A stretch of DNA of 64,000 nt from an uncultured Verrucomicrobia subdivision 3 bacterium. GTDB taxonomy: Bacteria; Verrucomicrobiota; Verrucomicrobiia; Limisphaerales; UBA11358. Shown here in pieces: positions 38,538 to 47,278 of this stretch. The notes under the pieces are model-generated. The model was not told the DNA's origin. It was given only the letters and a program-made list of their open reading frames with translations, and did no database searches. The translations under genes were made by a program, and so were the position numbers. Within the stretch, counting starts at the first letter, position 1. Each line of letters opens with the position of its first letter. The stretch spans positions 7,271-71,270 of the forward strand of contig CAIQWB010000033.1 in the NCBI GenBank assembly GCA_903875465.1, written 5' to 3'.

Positions 38538-38908
38538 TGGTGCCGGCGGAAGGCCGGTTTTAAAGAGACCCCACCATTGCCGTGTGCGACTAAACCTTTG
38601 AACATGTTATAGTAACATGTGGAACCCCTCCGGCTGCTTTCGACTTCCAGCAAAGGCATGTCGGCCACAACCTAAAATTGGCTCCGGTGATCGTTTAATC
38701 TACGGTTCAAGGATTGTACGAATCACGAACAGGGCAGGGAAATTATTATGTCACTCAAAGATCAACCGGACTTAATGTCCGTTTTCTATGCCATATATTT
38801 CGCCGCAAACCGCCCATTACTCAAGGAATATATTTTAAATAATTTAAGGCCGGGGCCTTGACAGAAACCGCCCTTCCGCAGGCCGCCATTGGCTGTCACG
38901 GACCAAAA

Positions 38909-40309
38909 TTAGTGGGTCGACGCGGCCTGTGTGCGCGGATCTGTTGCCGCAATAATCGCACTGACCGCCTTTTGATTAAAGCCCTTGAAACCGCCATGAC
39001 GCTGCAGATTTTCCAAATGACTGCCAATCGCGCCTTCCCGGATAAATTGCTCGCACTGCGCACGCGTAATCAAGCCGGCCGCCGCCAGCCGCTCCGCCCG
39101 CTCCGGATGCACCGCCCAGCGCTCGCCCTCGGTGAAGGCCTGCCGGAGAAATTCAAAATCCGAGAAGGGCTTCATCAAGGTCACGCCTTGTTGCTGCAAC
39201 TGGTCGCGCAGGGAATTAAAATCAAATCGCGCCTCCAGATGATGCATGCCCGACTGCAAAAAGCTCTCGCCGTGCAGCCCCGTCCACAACCCTACCGTGC
39301 GGAGTTGGTTGGCGGGAGGCAACGGGCGGGTGGAAAAATCCACAGTGGTGTCCTCCGGCATCAAATCCACATCGGCAAAAACCACAATGCCGGTGACCGG
39401 TTGCTCGGCGACTTGGGCGCCCCAGCCCGCCTCGGCCCCCGCATAAAAACGTTCCCGTTTCACAAATCCCAGTTGATCCAAAAAATCAATGAGTCCGGCA
39501 AACCAGGCGCGGGAGCACCGGAAAGTATGGTGGTCGTGGTTGCCCCAGCCCAAACCCAGCTGGTCCTGCCGAAATTTCTGCAACCGCGCCGCCCGGTTCC
39601 GCTTTTCCCAATAGGCCCGTTCCGCCTCAAAAAAGAGCTGGCAGGCCACGTCCCGCCCCACGAGTTTGAGCGCCTGGCGCAGCCGCCTCCGGGCCTCGGC
39701 AAAGCCATCGGCGTCATCAGCAAAATACCGGGGCCGTGTCTGGAACAACTCGGCGGTGCGGGCCATGGCCGCCAGCTCACCGGCTTTTAACTTGGCCGTG
39801 ATAAAACCCCGGTACGCCCGGCGCTCCACCGCCTCCAGGGTCGCCCCGTTTTCCGCGGAAATCAGCGCCCGCCGATAGCGCGAACGGGGTTCGCCCTCGG
39901 CGGTGACGTTCAAATGGTTGGCCGCAATGAAATCCGCCACGAATTCCGGCTTGATCGCCACTACGGAGGGATTCGTGCGGCCCCGGCGCAGCAAAACCCG
40001 GGGCAGCGTGGCGCGCGGATGTTCCAGCACTGTTTCACCGCGCGGACCGGTCAGGAGTGGATCGGCCACAAAACCGGCGCGCACCAGCGCCGTTTCATCA
40101 TCCGGGGAAAGCACGATGTGGTCCACCCATTCAAAAAAATCCGTGCCCGTCCCCGCTTGCATGCGGCTGGCCAGGGCCGCGGCAAAACTGTTGTGGGCAA
40201 GAAAGGAGGTCAGCCGCTGGCGCAGCAACTTCTCCCCGTCGTAGGCGAGGGGCCAGTCAAAGGTGGGGGGGGTGCCCGTGGGTTTGCTCATGGTATACAG
40301 GGGAGACAT
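38909..40309 (-). CDS. Uncharacterised 466-aa protein, possibly VOC/glyoxalase-fold, last gene of the lysine-catabolic operon
   Basis: It lies 18 nt downstream of the ALDH gene on the same strand. Repeated H/E-containing beta-alpha-beta-like segments are present (FFEWVDHIVL, NHDHHTFRCSRAWFAGLIDFLDQLGF, MHHLEARFDFNSLRDQLQQQGV). I recognise no confident family match. Confidence 0.6.
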   Translation of the reverse strand: MSPLYTMSKPTGTPPTFDWPLAYDGEKLLRQRLTSFLAHNSFAAALASRMQAGTGTDFFEWVDHIVLSPDDETALVRAGFVADPLLTGPRGETVLEHPRATLPRVLLRRGRTNPSVVAIKPEFVADFIAANHLNVTAEGEPRSRYRRALISAENGATLEAVERRAYRGFITAKLKAGELAAMARTAELFQTRPRYFADDADGFAEARRRLRQALKLVGRDVACQLFFEAERAYWEKRNRAARLQKFRQDQLGLGWGNHDHHTFRCSRAWFAGLIDFLDQLGFVKRERFYAGAEAGWGAQVAEQPVTGIVVFADVDLMPEDTTVDFSTRPLPPANQLRTVGLWTGLHGESFLQSGMHHLEARFDFNSLRDQLQQQGVTLMKPFSDFEFLRQAFTEGERWAVHPERAERLAAAGLITRAQCEQFIREGAIGSHLENLQRHGGFKGFNQKAVSAIIAATDPRTQAASTH

Positions 40310-40327
40310 GGTCTGGTAATCAAACAG

Positions 40328-41896
40328 TTAGGAACCGAATTGAATGCCTTGGGACAAAGGCAGGCCGGAGCCGTAATTGACCGTGGCCGTTTGCCGGCGC
40401 ATATAGGCTTTCCAGGCGTCACTGCCACTCTCGCGACCGCCGCCGGTTTCCTTTTCGCCGCCAAACGCGCCGCCAATTTCCGCGCCGCTGGTGCCCAGAT
40501 TCACATTGGCAATCCCGCAATCACTGCCGCGCCCGGATAAAAACTGCTCGGCTTCCCGCACGTCGGTGGTGAACAGGGCCGAACTCAAGCCTTGGGGCAC
40601 CTCGTTCTGCCAGGCCAGCGCCTCGGCAAAGTCACGATAGCTCATGACATACAGTATGGGCGCAAAGGTTTCCGTGTGCACAATTTTCAGGTCATGCCGC
40701 GCCGCCACGATGGCCGGCCGCACATAACACCCCCCCGGATATTTTGCCCCGCCCAGCGGTTCGCCGCCATACAGCACTTCCGCCCCCTGCGCGCGCGCTT
40801 CCGCCAGCGCCGCCTGCATGTCCGCCACACCCGCCGCATTGATCAACGGCCCCATCAAGGTCCGCGGCCGGGCCGGGTCGCCAATGACCACCTGCGCATA
40901 CGCCGCCATTAAACGTTGCACCAGCGCGGCCCGCACGGATTCATGCACAATTAACCGGCGCGTGGAGGTGCAACGCTGCCCGGCCGTGCCCACCGCGCCA
41001 AATAAAATGGCGCGCTCGGCCAGCTCCAAACTGGCGCTGGGGGCCACAATGACTGCGTTATTCCCCCCCAATTCCAAAATCGTCCGGCCAAACCGCCGGC
41101 CCACCGCCTCCGCCACCCGCACCCCCATTTTACTCGAGCCCGTCGCCGAGATCAGCGGCAGCCGGCCGTCGTTGAGCAAGCGTTCGCCAACCGTCGCTCC
41201 GTCTCCGATGAGCAACGTGAACAAAGCCGGATCCACACCATTGTCCCGGCATACCCGTTCGGCAATCCGCGTGGTGGCTATCGCCGTAAGCGGCGTCAGG
41301 CTCGAGGGTTTCCAAACGGTCGCATCCCCGCACACCGCCGCCAGCGCGGCGTTCCAGGCCCAAACCGCCACCGGAAAATTGAAGGCGGAAATAATGCCCG
41401 CCACCCCCAGGGGATGCCATTGCTCCATCATCCGGTGCTCCGGCCGTTCCGAGGCAATGGTCAGGCCGTAGAGCTGGCGGGACAACCCCGTAGCAAAGTC
41501 GCAGATATCAATCATCTCCTGCACCTCGCCCTGCCCTTCCGCGAGAATTTTTCCCGCCTCCAGCGTCACCAGCATCCCCAATTCCGCCTTCACCGCGCGC
41601 AAGGCGTTGCCCAACTGCCGGACCACCTCACCGCGCTTCGGGGCGGGCACCGTGCGCCACTGGTGAAACGCCGCCCTGGCCCGTTCGATTGCCCGTTCAT
41701 ACTCCGCCGGCGTGGCCGTGCGCACTTCCGCCAGCAACCGCCCGTCATTGGGCGAGTAACTCGCGAGCCGCTGGCCACTGCCGCTCCATTCCCCATCAAA
41801 GACCCCGGCGTTAACCGCTTGGATCCCCAAGGATTTGAGCAGGGCACTGGCGTTCGCGTTCGATTTGGGGGCGGCTGGGGCAGTGGCTTTTGGCAT
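40328..41896 (-). CDS. ALDH7-type aldehyde dehydrogenase (alpha-aminoadipic semialdehyde / piperideine-6-carboxylate dehydrogenase)
   Basis: The ALDH fold is supported by ELGGNNA and the catalytic Cys region GTAGQRCTSTRR. The segment GKILAEGQGEVQEMIDICDFATGLSRQLYG is characteristic of the ALDH7/antiquitin subfamily. It is adjacent to lat. Confidence 0.85.
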   Translation of the reverse strand: MPKATAPAAPKSNANASALLKSLGIQAVNAGVFDGEWSGSGQRLASYSPNDGRLLAEVRTATPAEYERAIERARAAFHQWRTVPAPKRGEVVRQLGNALRAVKAELGMLVTLEAGKILAEGQGEVQEMIDICDFATGLSRQLYGLTIASERPEHRMMEQWHPLGVAGIISAFNFPVAVWAWNAALAAVCGDATVWKPSSLTPLTAIATTRIAERVCRDNGVDPALFTLLIGDGATVGERLLNDGRLPLISATGSSKMGVRVAEAVGRRFGRTILELGGNNAVIVAPSASLELAERAILFGAVGTAGQRCTSTRRLIVHESVRAALVQRLMAAYAQVVIGDPARPRTLMGPLINAAGVADMQAALAEARAQGAEVLYGGEPLGGAKYPGGCYVRPAIVAARHDLKIVHTETFAPILYVMSYRDFAEALAWQNEVPQGLSSALFTTDVREAEQFLSGRGSDCGIANVNLGTSGAEIGGAFGGEKETGGGRESGSDAWKAYMRRQTATVNYGSGLPLSQGIQFGS

Positions 41897-41910
41897 AATG
41901 TGAAATAGGC

Positions 41911-43287
41911 TCAGACCAACAGTTTACGACATTCTTGCTCCATGATGGCTAAGGACTCGGCAATGATGTCATCCGCCACATCCAGCACCGGCCGCAGGCG
42001 GATGGACCGCTCGCCCGACCGAATCACCAGCAGGCCCAGTTCATAACACCCTTTCCAAAACTGATCCCGCCGCGCCGTGTCCGGCAGGTCAAATGCCAGC
42101 ATCAAACCGCATCCCCGCGCGGCCGTCACCACGGGATGGTGCGCGGCCAGCGCTTGCAAACCCGCCAGGAAAACGGCCCCCTGGCGCTGGGCCCGGCTCA
42201 CCAGGTTCTCCGCCTCGATGATGCCGAGGTAATGGGTGGACCGCACAAAATCCGTAAAATTGCCGCCCCACGTGGAACTAATCCGGCTCGGCAGGCGGAA
42301 GCAATTATCCGGCACCTCATCCAGCCGCGGCCCCGCGATCACCCCGCATACCTGCGCCTTTTTGCCAAAAGCCAGCAAATCCGGCTGCACACCGGCATGC
42401 TCCCCGGCCCATCTCCGGCCGGTAATCCCCATGCCGGACTGAACTTCATCGAATATCAGCAAACAATCATTATCATCACACAACCGGCGCAGCAATTGCA
42501 AAAATTCCGGCCGAAAATGATTGTCCCCGCCCTCGCCCTGAATGGGTTCAATGATAATTGCCGCAATGTCCACCGCCTTGGCCGCAAACACCGCGTCAAG
42601 CTCTTGCTCCGCCAGCCGTTCGCGCGCGGCCACGTCCGCCTCGCGCCGGTCCGGCGGCAGCGAAAAATCCAGCATCGGCGTGCTGATGCGCGGCCAGGGA
42701 AATTTCGGAAAATAAGCGATTTTGCGCGGGTCGGTGTTCGTCAGGCTCAGCGTATACCCGGTGCGCCCATGAAACGCCCGTTGAAAGTGGATGATTTCCG
42801 TCCCGCGCTCGCCCCGGCCCGCGGCCAGGTTCTTGCGGACTTTCCAATCCATCGCCGCCTTGAGGGCATTCTCCACGGCCAGCCCCCCGCCCTCGATAAA
42901 AAAGTAGCGCTCCAAAGGCGCCCAGCCCATCACGCGGGCGAAGGTCTCCATGAACCGGGCAAATTGCACCGTGTAAACATCCGCATTCGCCACTTTTACC
43001 TGGGCCGCCGCCAGCAAATCCGCCTGCACTTCCGCACGCCGGAACCAGGGATGGTTGTAGCCCACCGGCTGGGAGGCATAAAATCCGTAAAGATCGATAA
43101 ATGTGCGCCCCGAAGCCGCGTCCACCAAGCGCGAACCCTGGCTTTGCGCCACATCAAACACCAATTTAAAGCCATCGACCAGCAGATGCCGCGCGAGCAC
43201 GGTGGTAACGTCTCCCGGTGCCACGGAATCAGGCCAGGGCCCAACGCCAGTCCCACCTCCAGCGAGTTTTGACTCATTTGTTGCCAT
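41911..43287 (-). CDS. lat: L-lysine 6-transaminase (class-III PLP aminotransferase)
   Basis: The N-terminal HLLVDGFKLVFDVAQSQGSRLVDAASGRTFIDLYGFYASQPVGYNHP matches the LAT family. The PLP-Lys region is FDEVQSGMGITG...FGKKAQVCG. Confidence 0.85.
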   Translation of the reverse strand: MATNESKLAGGGTGVGPWPDSVAPGDVTTVLARHLLVDGFKLVFDVAQSQGSRLVDAASGRTFIDLYGFYASQPVGYNHPWFRRAEVQADLLAAAQVKVANADVYTVQFARFMETFARVMGWAPLERYFFIEGGGLAVENALKAAMDWKVRKNLAAGRGERGTEIIHFQRAFHGRTGYTLSLTNTDPRKIAYFPKFPWPRISTPMLDFSLPPDRREADVAARERLAEQELDAVFAAKAVDIAAIIIEPIQGEGGDNHFRPEFLQLLRRLCDDNDCLLIFDEVQSGMGITGRRWAGEHAGVQPDLLAFGKKAQVCGVIAGPRLDEVPDNCFRLPSRISSTWGGNFTDFVRSTHYLGIIEAENLVSRAQRQGAVFLAGLQALAAHHPVVTAARGCGLMLAFDLPDTARRDQFWKGCYELGLLVIRSGERSIRLRPVLDVADDIIAESLAIMEQECRKLLV

Positions 43288-43480
43288 GCGATTTACACCT
43301 TAATGCTGGCAACTTAGACCGGTCTTTTGCTGGCGTCAAATAATTACTGTACGCAGCGTCTAGAAATTACTTAAAAGCTGGCAAACGTCAGTTTCCCGCC
43401 CGGCGCAGCGCCATGGCCTGGTCGGTTTTGGCCAAATTTTGCGTGGCCGCTCACCAAAAAATGTGATAGTTATGAGCTGA

Positions 43481-45838
43481 ATGAGTGTGCCCGCAACTCC
43501 AGCCACCCCAGCGCCGTCGCCCGGGATCGACCCTTTAAAAACGGGTTGTTTCGCGCGTTCCGTCGTGGATTCCCTGGCGGAGGAACCCGGGCTGGAGGCC
43601 GTCACCATCGATCCGGCGCGGCAGAAAATTTCCGTGGCCACCCTGGGCCGCGCCGATGTGGACCGCCTTACCCAGCGGCTCACGGACAAATTACAGGCGG
43701 CCAGCCAGGCCGAAAATGTCCACGGCTGCTCGCTGTTAAAAGGCGGCGGTGATTGCTTCGGGTGCCATCATCCCCTGGGCGCCGTCACCCCCGATAAAAT
43801 ATCCATCCACCGCGAGGGTGACTGCACCACTATCGCCCGCGTGACCTGCCCCACCGCCCCCAAATTCTGGCGCTGGCGCGATATTCCCTTTCCCAAAATC
43901 GTCCCCCGCGATATCGCACTTCCCGAACACGACCACGATGTGGATGAATGGCGAGCCCAACTGGTCGCCGCCCTGCTCTGCGGCGCGCTGGGGTTGTCCG
44001 GTTATTTCGTGGGCGGCACCTGGGGCGTGGCCCTGTACGTCCTGAGTTATCTGGCGGGTGGCTTTTTTCCAGCCGAAGAAGTTTGGGAACGCCTCCAAAA
44101 ACGCGCGCTGGATGTCCATTTTCTCATGCTGGCCGTCGCCGCCGGGAGCGCCTGCATCGGCGCCTGGGCCGAAGGGGCCACCCTGCTGTTTCTTTTTTCG
44201 TTCTCCGGTGCCTTGGAACATTACGCCCTGGGCCGCACCCAAAAAGAAATTCGTTCGCTCTTTCGTGAAGCCCCCAAAACCGCCGTGGTGCTGGAGGGCA
44301 ATCTGGAACGGGAAATACCGGTGGAACAAATCCGCCCGGGTCAGCGCCTTCTCATCAAACCCGGGGCCCAGTTTCCCGTGGATGGCGAAATCGCCCAAGG
44401 CACTACGGCAGCGGATGAATCCAATCTGACCGGCGAAGCCACCCCGGTGGAAAAAGCCGTCGGCGATGGCGCGCTCGCCGGTACCATTAATCTGTGGGGG
44501 GCGGTGGAAATCGTTGTGACCCGGGCGGCCGCCGAAAGCTCCCTGCAAAAGATCATCACCCTGATTAAAGAGGCGCAGCATCAAAAAGCACCTTCGCAAC
44601 AATTTGCCGACAAATTCAGCACCTTCTACACCTATGGGGTGCTGGGCCTGTCCCTCCTCATGTTTTTTGTGTGGTGGCTGGGCTTTCATTATGCCCCGTT
44701 TAAAGCCGTCAATGAATCCCAGACCGCCTTTTATCGCACCATGACGTTGCTGGTGGTTTCGTCGCCCTGCGCGCTGGTTTTGTCCATTCCCTCTGCCGTG
44801 CTCGCCGCCATCGCCTGGGGCGCCCGCCATGGCATCCTCTTCCGGGGCGGGGCGGCAGTGGAAAAACTGGCCGAGGTGAATATTGTTGCCCTGGACAAAA
44901 CGGGCACCCTCACCACCGGCGAATTGCGGGTGGAAAAGATCGAGAGTTTCCCGGCCGGACGGGAGGCCGAAATCGCCCGGCTTGCCTATTCGCTCGAAAA
45001 ATTATCCACCCATCCCCTGGCCCGCGCCATCACCCGCCACGGCAAACAACACCAACTGACCGAGCTGCCCTTTGACAAATTTGAATCCGTCACCGGCCTG
45101 GGGTTGCGGGCCTGGCGCCACGGACAGGACTACCGGCTGGGCCGCCGCGAATGGCTGGCCACCGAGGGCGGTCATCAAGTATTTCTGGCCCAAGTCCCCG
45201 CCACGGAAGCCGGCTGCTCCGAGGTGTGGATCGAAGCGGGGGATTTGCTCGGCCGCATTATATTGCGCGATGACGTGCGCCCGGAGGCGGGGGCGGTGAT
45301 TGCGGCTTTGCGCCAGGAGGGCTTGCGCAGTGTGGTCCTCACCGGCGACCGCCAGGCCACCGCCGACCACCTCAATGCCCAGATCAAACTGGATGAAGTG
45401 CGCGCCGAGCTCAAGCCCGAGCAAAAAGTCGCCGCCATCCGTGAATTAAGCCAGGGCGGCCGGCACGTCGCCATGATTGGCGATGGCGTGAATGACGCCC
45501 CCAGCCTGGCCGCCGCGCACATCGGCGTCGCCATGGGTGCCCGGGGTTCGGATGCTGCCCTGGAACAAGCCGACGTGGTGTTGATGCACGACCGGCTGGA
45601 AAACTTTCTGGCCGCCTACAACCTGAGCCAGCGGGCACGGCGCGTGATCCGCCAGAATCTCGTTATCTCTCTGGGCACCGTGGTGGTGCTTGTGAGCTTC
45701 GCCCTGGCCGGCAAAATCCCCCTCACCATCGGCGTGGTCGGCCATGAAGGCAGCACGGTAATCGTGGTGATGAACAGCCTGCGGCTGCTCCTCGGCGGCG
45801 TCAAAAAGCTGGCCATCGACAAACTCACCCCGGCTTAG
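43481..45838 (+). CDS. Heavy-metal-translocating P1B-type ATPase (SPC / HEGST signature, P1B-4-like)
   Basis: DKTGTLT, GDGVNDAP and TGE are present. The TM signatures are VSSPCALVLSIP and VVGHEGSTVIVVMNSL. An N-terminal extension of about 190 aa carries a Cys/His cluster (HGCSLLKGGGDCFGCHH). Confidence 0.9.
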   Translation: MSVPATPATPAPSPGIDPLKTGCFARSVVDSLAEEPGLEAVTIDPARQKISVATLGRADVDRLTQRLTDKLQAASQAENVHGCSLLKGGGDCFGCHHPLGAVTPDKISIHREGDCTTIARVTCPTAPKFWRWRDIPFPKIVPRDIALPEHDHDVDEWRAQLVAALLCGALGLSGYFVGGTWGVALYVLSYLAGGFFPAEEVWERLQKRALDVHFLMLAVAAGSACIGAWAEGATLLFLFSFSGALEHYALGRTQKEIRSLFREAPKTAVVLEGNLEREIPVEQIRPGQRLLIKPGAQFPVDGEIAQGTTAADESNLTGEATPVEKAVGDGALAGTINLWGAVEIVVTRAAAESSLQKIITLIKEAQHQKAPSQQFADKFSTFYTYGVLGLSLLMFFVWWLGFHYAPFKAVNESQTAFYRTMTLLVVSSPCALVLSIPSAVLAAIAWGARHGILFRGGAAVEKLAEVNIVALDKTGTLTTGELRVEKIESFPAGREAEIARLAYSLEKLSTHPLARAITRHGKQHQLTELPFDKFESVTGLGLRAWRHGQDYRLGRREWLATEGGHQVFLAQVPATEAGCSEVWIEAGDLLGRIILRDDVRPEAGAVIAALRQEGLRSVVLTGDRQATADHLNAQIKLDEVRAELKPEQKVAAIRELSQGGRHVAMIGDGVNDAPSLAAAHIGVAMGARGSDAALEQADVVLMHDRLENFLAAYNLSQRARRVIRQNLVISLGTVVVLVSFALAGKIPLTIGVVGHEGSTVIVVMNSLRLLLGGVKKLAIDKLTPA

Positions 45839-46157
45839 CCGGGTCCCAGCAGCAGAAATGCAAGCAGTTGCACCGCGGCACCAGCGCACACGGTCCCCGG
45901 TCCGGGCGAACGCGCCCCGCAGCGTCAACTTCTATCATTTCATTCGCAACTCGGACTATCGCCTCGCTAATTCCGGGGGAATGCTTCACGACGCCACCCG
46001 GGGGCGCTAACTGTATTCGCCGAATGGCAAACCAAGCCGGACAAGCTTGCCTATAGATTCGGGCAATAATGATTCGGGCAATAATCCAGTTTTCCATCCC
46101 GCCCGCCCTCTGGTACTTTCTGGAACCGGTTAAGCTGCGCCTGACCCGGAATCGCTT

Positions 46158-46640
46158 ATGAAGAAAAAATTGCAATGGCTGTTCCTCGCCGCCCTGGCCG
46201 TGTTTGCCCTGGCCCAACTCGCCAACCCGGACCGCACCAACCCTCCCGTGGTGGCGGGCCGCGATTTATTTGCCGTGCGCCCCCCCCCGCCGGAAGTGGC
46301 CACCCTCCTGCGCACCGCTTGCACCGATTGTCATTCGCACGAAACCCGCTGGCCGTGGTACAGCCGGGTCGCCCCCATGGCCTGGCTCGTGGCCCACGAC
46401 GTCCAGGAAGGCCGCGCCAAACTCAATTTCTCCGACTGGCCCGTTACCGACCCCGCCCGGGCCGCCCGTAAATTTGGCAATATCAGCGACGTCGTGGACA
46501 GCGGCGAAATGCCGCCCAAAAAATACACGGCCATTCATCGCGATGCCGTGCTCACCGCTACCCAGCGCAAGGTCCTGGTGGACTGGGCCGAAGCCCAGTC
46601 TGCTGCCCTGAAATCGGAAACCTCCGGCACCAAACAGTAA
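46158..46640 (+). CDS. Haem-binding-domain protein (PF14376-like), secreted
   Basis: Signal peptide MKKKLQWLFLAALAVFALAQ. The CTDCHSHETRWPWYSRVAPMAWLVAHDVQEGRAKLNFSDW and EMPPKKY segments are typical of this family. Confidence 0.75.
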   Translation: MKKKLQWLFLAALAVFALAQLANPDRTNPPVVAGRDLFAVRPPPPEVATLLRTACTDCHSHETRWPWYSRVAPMAWLVAHDVQEGRAKLNFSDWPVTDPARAARKFGNISDVVDSGEMPPKKYTAIHRDAVLTATQRKVLVDWAEAQSAALKSETSGTKQ

Positions 46641-46651
46641 GCGCACACTTT

Positions 46652-47278
46652 ATGCTCCATTCCGAACTCATCCCCGCCGTAGAGCCGAACTCCCGCCGGC
46701 TCCTGATCATGCTCCACGGCTTGGGCGACAGTCTCGAAGGTTTTCGCTGGCTGCCCGCCGCCCTGCGCCTGCCGGCCATGAATTACCTGCTCGTGAATGC
46801 CCCCGACGATTATTACGGCGGCTATTCCTGGTTTGATCTGAACCAACCCGCCCCGGGCGTGGAACGCAGCCGCAAAATGCTTTTTGCCTTGCTGGAAGAT
46901 GTGGCCGCCCGGGGCTTTCCGCCCGAACTAATCACCCTGTGCGGCTTTTCCCAAGGCTGCCTCATGACCCTCGAAGTCGGGCTGAGTTATCCCCACAAAC
47001 TGGCGGGCTTGATTGGCATCAGCGGCTGGGTGCTCGACCCGGAGAAATTAATCCGCGAGCTCCCGCCGGCCGGACGGCAACAACGCGTGCTCATGACCCA
47101 CGGCACCCAGGATCCCCTGATTCCCATCGCCAAGGTCCGTCTGCAAATCCCCATCCTCCAGGCCGCCGGCATCTCCGTAACCTGGCAGGAATTTGCCAAG
47201 GACCACACCATCGCCGGTGCGGCCGAGATTTCCGTGATTCGCGAATTCATTCGCGCCGGATATCCACCGGCGCATTGA
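46652..47278 (+). CDS. Alpha/beta hydrolase, phospholipase/carboxylesterase family
   Basis: 208 aa with LHGLGDS, a nucleophile elbow GFSQG, and an HG/D..H arrangement typical of the family. Confidence 0.8.
   Translation: MLHSELIPAVEPNSRRLLIMLHGLGDSLEGFRWLPAALRLPAMNYLLVNAPDDYYGGYSWFDLNQPAPGVERSRKMLFALLEDVAARGFPPELITLCGFSQGCLMTLEVGLSYPHKLAGLIGISGWVLDPEKLIRELPPAGRQQRVLMTHGTQDPLIPIAKVRLQIPILQAAGISVTWQEFAKDHTIAGAAEISVIREFIRAGYPPAH

Noticed and set aside
38540-38720. SRP RNA or tmRNA in the rarA-upstream region
   Set aside because: The GUC-GAAA-GCAGCC segment only superficially resembles the SRP helix-8 motif (AGGUCCGGAAGGAAGCAGCC), and the flanking pairing fails. No tRNA-like acceptor/T-arm or tag ORF for tmRNA is present.
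42136-43272. 378-aa plus-strand ORF antisense to lat; similar cases at 43736-44830, 49356-50651 and 61905-63230
   Set aside because: All lie antisense to genes with strong family motifs, and their composition is typical of GC-rich shadow frames.
43288-43480. Sigma-54 promoter, NiCo riboswitch or lysine riboswitch in the lat / ATPase divergent region
   Set aside because: Three GCTGGCA repeats are present, but none has a TTGC element at the -12 spacing. I could recognise no conserved riboswitch core sequences.
45825-46217. 130-aa minus-strand ORF between the ATPase and the haem-binding gene
   Set aside because: It overlaps the ends of both flanking, well-supported genes and has no motifs. It is likely an intergenic artefact.
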